This document shows positions 30,570-42,071 of a DNA stretch of 64,000 bases, in pieces. The translations under genes were made by a program, and so were the position numbers. Below the pieces are notes generated by a model. It was not told the origin of the DNA and did no database searches. It saw only the letters and a list, made by a program, of their open reading frames with translations. The DNA is from Gammaproteobacteria bacterium (GTDB lineage: Bacteria > Pseudomonadota > Gammaproteobacteria > Eutrophobiales > Eutrophobiaceae). The stretch spans positions 195,248-259,247 of the forward strand of contig QKIY01000028.1 in the NCBI GenBank assembly GCA_003250975.1, written 5' to 3'. Each line of letters opens with the position of its first letter. Position 1 is the first letter of the stretch.

Positions 30570-31904
30570 GTGGCTGTTACTCCGTGGAAATACTGTCTTG
30601 AATGCCTGGAAGGAGAGCTGACACCACAACAATTCAACACCTGGATACGACCACTTCAAGCCATTGAGGACGATGCAGCCATTCACCTGCTTGCCCCGAA
30701 CCGCTTTGTCATGGACTGGGTTAATGACCAATACCTGTCGATGATAAAAGATTTCCTGAACCAACAGGATAATTCATCCAATCTCTCGGTGCTCGTTGAG
30801 GTCGGCAGTTCATCAAGACCGGTAAAAACTGACGATACATCTACTATAAGGCCCCAAGCGCCGGTTGTCAGGAACAGTAAGCATTCAAACAACCTGAACA
30901 AGGATTTCACCTTTGAAACGTTTGTCGAGGGCAAATCGAACCAGCTTGCCCGCGCAGCCTCCCTGCAGACATCACAGAATCCGGGTAATTCTTACAACCC
31001 CTTGTTTATCTATGGTGGCGTCGGTCTGGGCAAGACTCATCTTATGCACGCTATTGGTCACTCTATACTCCAGCATACCCCGGGAGCCAATATTGCCTAT
31101 CTGAATTCCGAGCGCTTCGTTGCAGACATGGTCAAGGCCCTGCAACACAACGCTATAAACGATTTCAAGCGCCATTACCGAAGCGTGGACGCCCTGTTAA
31201 TTGACGACATACAGTTTTTCGCCGGTAAGGAACGTTCACAGGAAGAATTTTTTCATACCTTCAACTATCTACTCGAAGGCCAGCATCAAATCATATTGAC
31301 CTGTGACCGATACCCAAAGGAAGTTAATGGTCTTGAGGAACGTCTCAAGTCCCGTTTCGGGTGGGGGCTTACCGTTGCCATCGAACCACCGGAACTTGAG
31401 ACTCGGGTGGCCATACTCCATATGAAGGCCGCCAGAAATAATTACACACTACCCGACGAGGTCGCCTTCTTTATTGCCAAGCGCTTCCGTTCAAATGTCC
31501 GGGATCTTGAAGGCGCACTGAATCGCGTTTTTGCACACTCTAACCTGACCGGCCAGGCCATTACGCTGGACTTTGTTCAGATGGCACTGAAGGACCTGCT
31601 GTTAATTCAGGACAAGCAAATCACCATTGAAAATATCAAGAAGATCGTGGCGGAATACTACAAGATCCGTGTCGCGGACCTGTTATCAAAGCGCCGTAAC
31701 CGGTCTGTTGCCCGCCCTAGGCAACTAGCCATGGCCCTGTCCAAAGAACTGACAGGTCACAGCCTACCGGAGATCGGGGATGCCTTTGGTGGCAGGGATC
31801 ATACAACCGTGCTACACGCGTGCAGGAAGATTACAGATCTGCGTAAAACTGACCAGAAGATTGAGGAAGACTATAATAATCTGGGTAAAATCCTTACTAC
31901 ATGA
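30570..31904 (+). CDS. dnaA: Chromosomal replication initiator DnaA
   Basis: [45 protein letters not shown]; GTG start. Confidence 0.99.
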   Translation: MAVTPWKYCLECLEGELTPQQFNTWIRPLQAIEDDAAIHLLAPNRFVMDWVNDQYLSMIKDFLNQQDNSSNLSVLVEVGSSSRPVKTDDTSTIRPQAPVVRNSKHSNNLNKDFTFETFVEGKSNQLARAASLQTSQNPGNSYNPLFIYGGVGLGKTHLMHAIGHSILQHTPGANIAYLNSERFVADMVKALQHNAINDFKRHYRSVDALLIDDIQFFAGKERSQEEFFHTFNYLLEGQHQIILTCDRYPKEVNGLEERLKSRFGWGLTVAIEPPELETRVAILHMKAARNNYTLPDEVAFFIAKRFRSNVRDLEGALNRVFAHSNLTGQAITLDFVQMALKDLLLIQDKQITIENIKKIVAEYYKIRVADLLSKRRNRSVARPRQLAMALSKELTGHSLPEIGDAFGGRDHTTVLHACRKITDLRKTDQKIEEDYNNLGKILTT

Positions 31905-32104
31905 TGTGGTTATTGTGTTAATAAATCACTTTTTAACACAACAACTACTGTTCTGGGGTAAACTGTCCACAGGCAGATCAGATATTAAATACAGACCATA
32001 ATGACACACCCAATATAATCTAACTTTTTGTTTTTATGATGTTTATTTGACTTATCCACAATCTTGTTAGGTATAAATTATAATAAAAACAATTAGGTAT
32101 ATAT
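31905..32104. other. Candidate oriC (dnaA-dnaN intergenic region)
   Basis: 200-bp AT-rich spacer with perfect TTATCCACA at 32052-32060, several degenerate boxes (TGTGGTTAT, TGTGTTAAT, TTTAACACA, CTGTCCACA) and a very AT-rich tract at 32061-32104. Confidence 0.65.
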
Positions 32105-33205
32105 ATGAAATTTAATATTAATAGAGAATTGCTCTTGCCCGCCTTGCAGACCGTCAATACCGTAGTAGAAAGGCGCCACACTCTGCCAATACTATCTAAC
32201 CTATTGATTTCATTGAATAAAAATACTATTGATATTGCTGGTACGGATATGGAAGTGGAAGTCATCACCACTCTTACAGCCAAAACCGGTGAGGAATGCC
32301 AGTTTACTATCCCGGGTCGAAAATTGCTGGACATCTGCCGTGCCCTCCCGGAATCGGCGGAACTGGATTTCTCTGTTAACAAGGACCATATCACCCTGAA
32401 AACAGGTAGGAGTCGCTTTACACTGGCAACATTGCCCGCTAAGGACTTTCCTATCACCGATATATCCGAGCCGATTGTTGAGTTTGAGATCGAACAAGGA
32501 GTATTCAAATCGCTCATCGAGGACACGATGTTTGCTATGGCGCAACAGGATGTCCGCTACTATCTGAATGGACTCCTCCTAGAGGCGAGCAATCAACGGC
32601 TCAGGGCCGTTGCGACTGATGGCCACCGCCTGGCGATGAAAGAGATTTCCCACAAATTGCCGATTGATGAGCAGATTCAGGTCATTGTCCCGAGGAAAGG
32701 TGTAATTGAACTTGCACGTTTGTTGGAAGACAGCGATGAAAAGGCCAGGTTTCAGATCACCCGAAACCACGTCCGGATTAATCTGAACAGCATACAATTT
32801 ACAAGCAAACTGATCGACGGCAAGTTCCCTGATTATGAACGTGTGTTACCAAAAGAAACCAGCACACCCCTGATCTCTGATAAGAATGCGCTTAAGCAGA
32901 GCCTCACACGCGCCTCAATCCTGTCGAATGAAAAATATAAAGGGGTGCGCATTGTCCTCAAGAAGAACAGCCTGCAGGCACTGGCCCATAACCCGGAACA
33001 GGAAGAGGCAGAGGAAGAACTCGAGGTGGATTACCAAGGCCAGGATATGGAGATTGGCTTCAATGTGACTTACCTGCTGGATGCGATCAATGCAATAAAG
33101 TCCGCCAGGGTGATCATGGCAACCAAGGACCCGGACAGCAGTTGCCTTATCTTGCCGGAAGAGGAAACAGGCTGTAAGTATGTCGTTATGCCAATGCGGC
33201 TGTAA
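32105..33205 (+). CDS. dnaN: DNA polymerase III beta clamp
   Basis: TLPILSN, QDVRYYLNG, VATDGHRLA, C-terminal YVVMPMRL; 366 aa. Confidence 0.98.
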   Translation: MKFNINRELLLPALQTVNTVVERRHTLPILSNLLISLNKNTIDIAGTDMEVEVITTLTAKTGEECQFTIPGRKLLDICRALPESAELDFSVNKDHITLKTGRSRFTLATLPAKDFPITDISEPIVEFEIEQGVFKSLIEDTMFAMAQQDVRYYLNGLLLEASNQRLRAVATDGHRLAMKEISHKLPIDEQIQVIVPRKGVIELARLLEDSDEKARFQITRNHVRINLNSIQFTSKLIDGKFPDYERVLPKETSTPLISDKNALKQSLTRASILSNEKYKGVRIVLKKNSLQALAHNPEQEEAEEELEVDYQGQDMEIGFNVTYLLDAINAIKSARVIMATKDPDSSCLILPEEETGCKYVVMPMRL

Positions 33206-33216
33206 ACCCAAACGGT

Positions 33217-34296
33217 ATGCGGTTCACGCAGCTTTCGATCCAGTCTGTAAGAAATCTTGCAGATATAAGCCTGAAGTGCCACCCAGGCTGTAATATCATC
33301 TATGGCAAAAACGCGGCGGGTAAGACAGCTATACTTGAGGCCATTCATATCCTCGCCCGCATCAGTTCCTTCAGGACCCCCAAGATCACCGAGGTCATTC
33401 AACGTTCGCAGGATAAGTTAACGGTATCCGCCGAACTCCAGGACCGAATGGACCGTGCCATCAAGACAGGACTGGAAAAGGGCAGGCTGAAAACACGGAT
33501 ACGCTTTAATGGCCATAAGGTCTTGCGACGTTCGGAACAGGCCAGAAATATTCCCCTCCTGACCATTACGCCAGAAAGCCACAGGCTTCTATTCGGTACC
33601 CCCAGGGAGAGACGCCATTGGTTGGACTGGTCATTGTTCCACGTGGAACAAGGCTATATCAGACATTGGCAGGACTATCACCATGCCCTGCGGCAAAGAA
33701 ATATATTGTTGAGAAAATCCGTACGAGGGGAACAACTAGACCCTTGGGAAAAGGCACTATCAGTCTCAGCAGCGCCGATTATCGTCGCACGCAATAGGTA
33801 CCTTCAGCGACTGGAGTTGACTCTGGGCCAATATACCGGTGAAGAGGTTATGCCGGTGGAACTCAAGTATACCGGGACAGAAGAGACTGAAGAGGCCTAT
33901 GCGAGAAAACTACGGGACAACCGCCAATCCGATAGCAAGGCGGGCCATACTCAGCTTGGGCCACACCGGGACGATATCCATTTTCAGCAGGGCAAACACA
34001 ACATAGGCAGTATCTTTTCCAGGGGGCAGGCCAAACAGTTTATTGTTTCATTGACACTGGCACAGGCCGATGTCTACAGGCGGGCCTGCAAGGTGTCACC
34101 CATCATGTTGGTCGATGATCTTACAGCTGAGTTAGACTTGGATGCTCTGCAATTTATCCTGGCGCGTTTGCAGGGACAGGACATGCAAGTCTTTATCACC
34201 ACAACCAGCCTGGAGCCACTGAGTTTGACGAAGAAAGGGCGGGATATGGGGGTGTTCCACGTGGAACACGGTAAGGTTGTAAAAGTGGTAGAATGA
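33217..34296 (+). CDS. recF: DNA replication/repair protein RecF
   Basis: GKNAAGKT.ILEAI, ERRHWLDW.LFHVE, LRQRN, GPHRDD, SRGQ, DDLTAELD. Confidence 0.96.
   Translation: MRFTQLSIQSVRNLADISLKCHPGCNIIYGKNAAGKTAILEAIHILARISSFRTPKITEVIQRSQDKLTVSAELQDRMDRAIKTGLEKGRLKTRIRFNGHKVLRRSEQARNIPLLTITPESHRLLFGTPRERRHWLDWSLFHVEQGYIRHWQDYHHALRQRNILLRKSVRGEQLDPWEKALSVSAAPIIVARNRYLQRLELTLGQYTGEEVMPVELKYTGTEETEEAYARKLRDNRQSDSKAGHTQLGPHRDDIHFQQGKHNIGSIFSRGQAKQFIVSLTLAQADVYRRACKVSPIMLVDDLTAELDLDALQFILARLQGQDMQVFITTTSLEPLSLTKKGRDMGVFHVEHGKVVKVVE
33635..33650. promoter_or_regulatory. parS centromere-like site (within recF)
   Basis: Perfect 16-bp palindrome TGTTCCACGTGGAACA matching the parS consensus. Confidence 0.85.
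34253..34268. promoter_or_regulatory. parS centromere-like site (within recF 3' end)
   Basis: Second identical copy of TGTTCCACGTGGAACA. Confidence 0.85.
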
Positions 34297-34320
34297 CGGA
34301 TTCTTTAGAATGTTGAGTAG

Positions 34321-36735
<2,415 letters not shown>

Positions 36736-36918
36736 TTCACAGCGTACTGGCCAAGAACCAGGCCAGGAATTTAAAGACGGCAGGAGGCGGAAAGATAGGT
36801 AAAGATATCTCATCAGCTACGAAGTTACCCACCTAAACTATTCATTCTACACCCTTGGGACGCGATGGCAAGCGTAAACCCCTGATCACAAGCCCGGGTA
36901 TTTATCTCTCTAAACCGA

Positions 36919-36956
36919 TTGATATAGATCAATCGGTATCAATTGATCTATATCAA
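36919..36956. promoter_or_regulatory. Two tandem perfect FNR/ANR/DNR-type boxes
   Basis: TTGAT-ATAG-ATCAA (36919-36932) and TTGAT-CTAT-ATCAA (36943-36956); TATATT -10-like hexamer at 36981-36986, upstream of the cytochrome operon. Confidence 0.85.
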
Positions 36957-37092
36957 TGGAATTTTATTTTTTCGTTTGCGTATATTGCAGCGCATATATA
37001 ATTATATTAAATCTAAGTTTCAAGGCGCACGCTGTCTCAAAGATGAAATGGGGCAAATGGGAATAACAACAATAACAAACGTGTAGAAAATA

Positions 37093-37707
37093 ATGCATTG
37101 GCTAAGAAAAATCTGGAATGCGCTACTTCGCCCAAGTTCCCGTTATTCTCTAGGGGCGGTTCTCCTGGTAGGCGCAGTTGGGGGTGTTCTGTTCTGGGGC
37201 GGATTTAACTGGGCGATGGAAATGACGAATACAGAGGCATTTTGTATCTCCTGCCATGAAATGGAAAACACCGTATATAAGGAATACAAAGAAAAGATCC
37301 ATTACTCCAACAATTCAGGTGTCCGGGCAGTCTGCGCTGACTGCCACGTGCCACATGATTGGGTTCACAAAGTGATTCGCAAGATCAAGGCCAGCAACGA
37401 GCTCTATCACAAGATTATCGGGACAATTGATACCGTTGAGAAATTCGAGGCCAAGCGATTGGAGCTTGCAAAGCATGTCTGGGAGGAAATGAAGGCTAAT
37501 GATTCCAAGGAATGCCGTAACTGTCACAGCATGACCGCTATGGATTTATCCAAGCAAAAACCCCGTGCCCGCGGTCAGCACGAAAGTGCCGCGGAAGAAA
37601 ATCAAACCTGCATCGATTGCCACAAGGGAATTGCCCATAAAGACATTCATAAGGAATTGGAGAAAGAGAAAGAGACTGAACCAACAGAAGAGGATTTTAT
37701 GTTGTGA
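37093..37707 (+). CDS. nirT: NapC/NirT-family membrane-anchored tetraheme cytochrome c (quinol dehydrogenase; NirT/CymA-like)
   Basis: N-terminal TM then FWGGFNWAME.TNTEAFCISCHEM; four CXXCH (CISCH, CADCH, CRNCH, CIDCH); the symbol reflects family and pairing with nirB, not proven function. Confidence 0.9.
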   Translation: MHWLRKIWNALLRPSSRYSLGAVLLVGAVGGVLFWGGFNWAMEMTNTEAFCISCHEMENTVYKEYKEKIHYSNNSGVRAVCADCHVPHDWVHKVIRKIKASNELYHKIIGTIDTVEKFEAKRLELAKHVWEEMKANDSKECRNCHSMTAMDLSKQKPRARGQHESAAEENQTCIDCHKGIAHKDIHKELEKEKETEPTEEDFML

Positions 37708-37738
37708 TTGTTGACTCATGAAACTAAATGAAAGGTAG

Positions 37739-38713
37739 ATGAACATGAAACGCCGGGAAACACTAAGAAAAAGAAAGCTGTCTCAAGCGACTATTATTAT
37801 CGCTTCTTATTTAATTTCGACTGCGAGCGTACAGGCAATCGATTGGGGCAGCGTTCAAGGGAAAGATGTAACACTTTTTTATCCCGGACAGGCATCCTGG
37901 GAATGGGTGCTGACGAAGTCTGATCATAGTGGGGCTGATAAATTCAAGCAGGGAAAGAATTGCAAGGAATGTCACGAACGTGAAGAAAGCGATATCGGCA
38001 CAAAAATCGTAACGGGCAAGAAACTAGAGCCTGATCCTATTCCCGGCAAAAGCGGCTCGATCAAGGTAAACGTCAAAACCGCCCATGACAGTGAAAAGTT
38101 TTATGTCAGATTTGAGTGGTCTGAGACTCCCCAGGGCGATCAACCAATCATGGATAAAGATTTCGATTCCAAAATAACCGTGATGTTCGATGACGGCAAG
38201 GTACTGGCAGCCAAACGGGCCGGTTGTTGGGGCACATGCCATGACGACGCCGTGAATATGGCAAGCGCACCAACGGGAAAGGAGATCACCAAATACCTTG
38301 CCCAATCACGCACAAAACTCGGACGCAGCGGCGGCGGTGAGAATTATAAATCACCGTCCGAGCTTGATCAGTTACTGAATGAAGGAATATTCATGGAATT
38401 CTGGCAGGCAAAGCTTAATCAAGGTGCAGAACCAGTCGCCGTCGACGGATATATCCTGGATAAACGCCATAAGAATGACAATCCCTTGGTTGATGTCCAG
38501 GCGGAATTTAATGGCGGCAAATGGACTGTTACCATGAGCCGGAAACTGACAGTGTCAGAACCACATAGAAAAAATATCGCGGCCGGGCAAATCTATCCGG
38601 TAGGTTTTGCCCTGCATGATAATCATACCGAACACCGTTATCACTATATTTCACTCGAACATACATTCGCCCTGGACCAGGGTGAGGCGGATTTTATCGC
38701 TGTTAAGAAATAA
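37739..38713 (+). CDS. NirB-like periplasmic diheme cytochrome c552 (c552/DMSO-reductase-like heme-binding domain)
   Basis: Signal peptide (..SVQA|IDW); DW.SV..KDVTLFYPG..SWEW, CKECH, GCWGTCH (CX3CH), GFALHD.H...RYHYISL; motif order as recalled for Pseudomonas stutzeri NirB. Confidence 0.8.
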   Translation: MNMKRRETLRKRKLSQATIIIASYLISTASVQAIDWGSVQGKDVTLFYPGQASWEWVLTKSDHSGADKFKQGKNCKECHEREESDIGTKIVTGKKLEPDPIPGKSGSIKVNVKTAHDSEKFYVRFEWSETPQGDQPIMDKDFDSKITVMFDDGKVLAAKRAGCWGTCHDDAVNMASAPTGKEITKYLAQSRTKLGRSGGGENYKSPSELDQLLNEGIFMEFWQAKLNQGAEPVAVDGYILDKRHKNDNPLVDVQAEFNGGKWTVTMSRKLTVSEPHRKNIAAGQIYPVGFALHDNHTEHRYHYISLEHTFALDQGEADFIAVKK

Positions 38714-38739
38714 ACATTATGGCTATGGGGGGCATAACA

Positions 38740-39714
38740 ATGATTAATGCCAGTAATAGAAAAATGAAGCTATCAGGAGCCCTGCTTCTGTTAGGTATAT
38801 TCGGCAGCTTTCCGGTCTTCGCTGCCGATGGGGGCACCGATGAGGCGGGAAGAGAATACGCATTGAAAGGTGCAAAGACCTGCCTTAAATGCCACGACGA
38901 ATATCCGGTAAAGAATATTTTTCAGACCCCTCATGTGCAAAAGGCCGACAAGAGAACGCCGTTTGCAGCCCATGAATGTGAGTCCTGTCATGGTGCAAGC
39001 CCGGACCACCTGATAGAGCCGCCCAAAAAGGACCAGGGAGAAAAACATAAACCACCCCATCTCGTATTCGGGCTGAAATCGAAAAACTACAAGGTCTCAA
39101 GCGTTGATGATCAGAACAAAGTCTGTCTTGGGTGCCATGAATCGGGGATAAGGATGCACTGGCGCGGGAGCCAGCACCAGTCTGGTGACGTTCCTTGTGC
39201 GGCCTGTCATGCCATACACCAGCCCAAGGATCCGGTTCTGGTCAAGACCGACCAGGCAGAAGTCTGTTTTGCCTGCCATACCGACAAGCGCGCGCAGTTG
39301 CGCCGCCGTTCCAGACACCCAATCAGGGAAGGCAAGGTGGTATGTGCAGATTGTCACAATCCGCATGGCTCCGCCGGACGCACCTTGCTGGTCAAGAACA
39401 CCGTCAATGAAACCTGTTACCAGTGTCACGCTGAAAAGCGTGGCCCGTTCCTGTGGGAACACCAGCCGGTGAGGGAAGACTGCACAAATTGCCATAATCC
39501 GCACGGCAGCACACAGCAGAGGATGCTGGTACAAAGAACACCTTTCCTCTGCAATAACTGTCATTCGGAACGATTTCATCCGAGCACGCTCAGGGACGGG
39601 AGCGGACTGCCGCCTGTTGGTGCGGACAATCGGTTGCTGGGCAAGGGTTGCTTGAATTGCCATTCAAAGATTCACGGTTCCAATCATCCGTCTGGACCCA
39701 GGTTTACCAGATAA
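38740..39714 (+). CDS. Periplasmic decaheme cytochrome c, MtrA/MtoA/PioA/DmsE family
   Basis: Ten CXXCH (CLKCH, CESCH, CLGCH, CAACH, CFACH, CADCH, CYQCH, CTNCH, CNNCH, CLNCH); EKRGPFLWEH.PV and C-terminal IHGSNHPSG signature; start may be 38719 or 38740. Confidence 0.95.
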   Translation: MINASNRKMKLSGALLLLGIFGSFPVFAADGGTDEAGREYALKGAKTCLKCHDEYPVKNIFQTPHVQKADKRTPFAAHECESCHGASPDHLIEPPKKDQGEKHKPPHLVFGLKSKNYKVSSVDDQNKVCLGCHESGIRMHWRGSQHQSGDVPCAACHAIHQPKDPVLVKTDQAEVCFACHTDKRAQLRRRSRHPIREGKVVCADCHNPHGSAGRTLLVKNTVNETCYQCHAEKRGPFLWEHQPVREDCTNCHNPHGSTQQRMLVQRTPFLCNNCHSERFHPSTLRDGSGLPPVGADNRLLGKGCLNCHSKIHGSNHPSGPRFTR

Positions 39715-39777
39715 AGTTATGATGACCGAGCTGAATTTTTCATACAGAGATAAACAAGTTGTAACGGGGGCACTGTC

Positions 39778-42045
39778 ATGAACAAGTTAAAATACAATTT
39801 ATATGTATTGATAGCAGTCGCCTTCCTTTCCTCAAACAACGTCATTGCACAGGAGGAAGGGGGGTTTATGCTTGAGGAAGTTACAGAGGCACCAGCACCT
39901 GTGTATTTCAGTTTTGTTGAAGGTGGCGGCATCTATTCCAGTGCGGATTCCTTCAAATTCGGGGAATACAACGGCCTGGAAGAAGAGGGCTTTTACGCCA
40001 ATTTCAATTTCGGGGTGAGCCTATTGACCGCCTACGATGATAACAGTACGCAGTATGCGGATTTTTCAGGTACCAATGTAGGACTGGATAACCGCTCGTT
40101 GTACGGAGAATACGGTCAACAGGGAAGATACAGTGTCTATGCTGAATATGATCAAATACCCCACAACCGCCTCGATGATGCCCTCACACCCTTTGTCGGC
40201 GCCGGTACGAACAACCAGACCCTGCCGGCCAGCTTTTCTCCTACTGCCACCGTGACCACTCAATTGCCACTGCAATCAACTTTAAACCAGGTGGATGTCG
40301 AAACAGACCGCTATACGGCTGGCGCAGGTTTTACCTGGATCCCCCTGGAAAACTGGCAGTTAAGAGGAAACTACCACCATCAAATCAAGGACGGCACCGA
40401 GACCCTGGCCTCCATATTCGCCCAGGGTGGTGGCGGGAACCTTCGTTCATCGATACTCGTCGTGCCGGTTGATTACCAGTTCGATGAAGCTGATGTAGGC
40501 GTTGCCTATACAACCAAGCAATACCAGGTAGACCTCAGTTATCATTTTTCATACTTCAATAACTCAGAAGGAGCAGTGAACTGGCGCAACCCCTTCAATG
40601 AAGGCGGTGGTGGAACCGGCGCCCGATTCAATGATCCGGGCTTAATCGCAACGGCACCTGACAATACTGCCCACCAGGTGACATTGTCAGGCGGTTATAA
40701 CTTCGGGGCGACTTCCCGCCTATCGGGAAGCTTCTCCTGGGGACAGATGCTGCAGAGTGACAGTTTCTATAACTACAGCGTCAATCCGAGATTCCCCATC
40801 ACCACTCTGCTGCCGCGAGGCGATCTTGACGGGGAGATTCAAACTCTCTTTGCCAACCTGAATTTCACCACGCGGCCAATCAGGAATCTGAGCTTAGGGG
40901 CCCACTATACCTATGATGACAGGGACAACCAGTCCCCTCGGGATGTTTACTCGAGGATCCGGAACGATGCCTCCGCTCAGGCGGATCCTACCGATCCCAC
41001 CGATGAGAATAACAGGGTCCCGCGCCCCTACAGCCTGGAGCGGCATAAGGTTGAACTGGATGCTGACTATCGCCTGACCAGGATATTCAAGCTTGGGGCC
41101 GGCTATGAATTTGAACAAATAGACCGGGATTTATCGGAAGTCGATTCCACCCGGGAGCATACCGGTAAGGTCAAACTTTCCTTGACACCTTACGGCTCAA
41201 CAAGTGGCTGGATTAAATATGCCTTTTCAAGGCGCACCGGGGATGACTATGTCACCAACCTTCCATTCGTTGAAGGACAGACAGCAGCCCATATTGCGAC
41301 CCTGACATTCGATGAGTTGTTCGAGAATGATCCAACACTGCTTAAATGGTATATGAATGATCGGGATAAACATGATGTGAAAGGGAACATCAATTTTACC
41401 CCTGCTAACACGGTGTCATTAGGGTTGACCGGTGGCGTATCCCTTAGTGATTACAATGATTCAACAACCCTCGGACCATCGCTCGGATTACGCAAGGATA
41501 CCAGGGGCTATGGCACCTTCGATTTAGGACTGTATCCAACGGAAAATATTGATACCTATGCCTATGTGACATATGAGCGCATTCAGCGTGAACAGAATGG
41601 CTACGAACGTAACACCGTAGTTACCCCGCTATCCGTGCGTGACCCGGGCAGGTTCTGGGATTTAGATACCATTGACGATGTTTACTCACTCGGTACCGGT
41701 GTTAATATTCGTGACTTGATGGGCGGCAGGGTGGATATCAACGCAGATTACACATTTTCCTACGCTGACACCGAAATCGACCCTGTAGGCGGCACCACTC
41801 TACAACCCGTTTTCGATCTCACTCACCTGACGACGAGGACACACAGCTTTAACATCACGGGCGATTACAGGCTGAGAGATAATATGAAAGTAAGGCTTGC
41901 TTATCTCTTTGAATACTTCAAAACACGTGATTTTTCCCTTAGCCAGGTGTACCCGGATTCGTTAAATAACGTTCTTTTACTCGGTAACACCGATCCGAAT
42001 TACACAGCCCATGTAGGCTGGCTCTCATTCATTTATGAATTCTAG
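39778..42045 (+). CDS. Decaheme-associated outer-membrane beta-barrel, MtrB/MtoB/PioB family
   Basis: Signal peptide, FKFGEYNGL, GQQGRY, PVDY, APDNTAHQ, YDDRDN.SP, C-terminal aromatic YEF; directly follows the decaheme. Confidence 0.93.
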   Translation: MNKLKYNLYVLIAVAFLSSNNVIAQEEGGFMLEEVTEAPAPVYFSFVEGGGIYSSADSFKFGEYNGLEEEGFYANFNFGVSLLTAYDDNSTQYADFSGTNVGLDNRSLYGEYGQQGRYSVYAEYDQIPHNRLDDALTPFVGAGTNNQTLPASFSPTATVTTQLPLQSTLNQVDVETDRYTAGAGFTWIPLENWQLRGNYHHQIKDGTETLASIFAQGGGGNLRSSILVVPVDYQFDEADVGVAYTTKQYQVDLSYHFSYFNNSEGAVNWRNPFNEGGGGTGARFNDPGLIATAPDNTAHQVTLSGGYNFGATSRLSGSFSWGQMLQSDSFYNYSVNPRFPITTLLPRGDLDGEIQTLFANLNFTTRPIRNLSLGAHYTYDDRDNQSPRDVYSRIRNDASAQADPTDPTDENNRVPRPYSLERHKVELDADYRLTRIFKLGAGYEFEQIDRDLSEVDSTREHTGKVKLSLTPYGSTSGWIKYAFSRRTGDDYVTNLPFVEGQTAAHIATLTFDELFENDPTLLKWYMNDRDKHDVKGNINFTPANTVSLGLTGGVSLSDYNDSTTLGPSLGLRKDTRGYGTFDLGLYPTENIDTYAYVTYERIQREQNGYERNTVVTPLSVRDPGRFWDLDTIDDVYSLGTGVNIRDLMGGRVDINADYTFSYADTEIDPVGGTTLQPVFDLTHLTTRTHSFNITGDYRLRDNMKVRLAYLFEYFKTRDFSLSQVYPDSLNNVLLLGNTDPNYTAHVGWLSFIYEF

Positions 42046-42071
42046 GGGGTGTTTCTGATATTCAAGCTAAC

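Noticed and set aside
37705-37741. Possible TGA readthrough (Sec) or frameshift fusing NirT and NirB
   Set aside because: A second in-frame TGA follows at 37729, NirB is in another frame, and it has its own RBS-like AAGG and signal peptide.
37739-37840. KRRETL in the NirB-like leader as a Tat signal
   Set aside because: Lacks the S/T-RR-x-F-L-K consensus, and c-type cytochromes are normally Sec-exported; treated as a basic n-region.
38880-39665. Recurring TG(T/C)-N6-TG(T/C)CA(T/C) pattern as a DNA repeat or CRISPR-like array
   Set aside because: Explained by the ten CXXCH heme motifs; no constant repeat with unique spacers.
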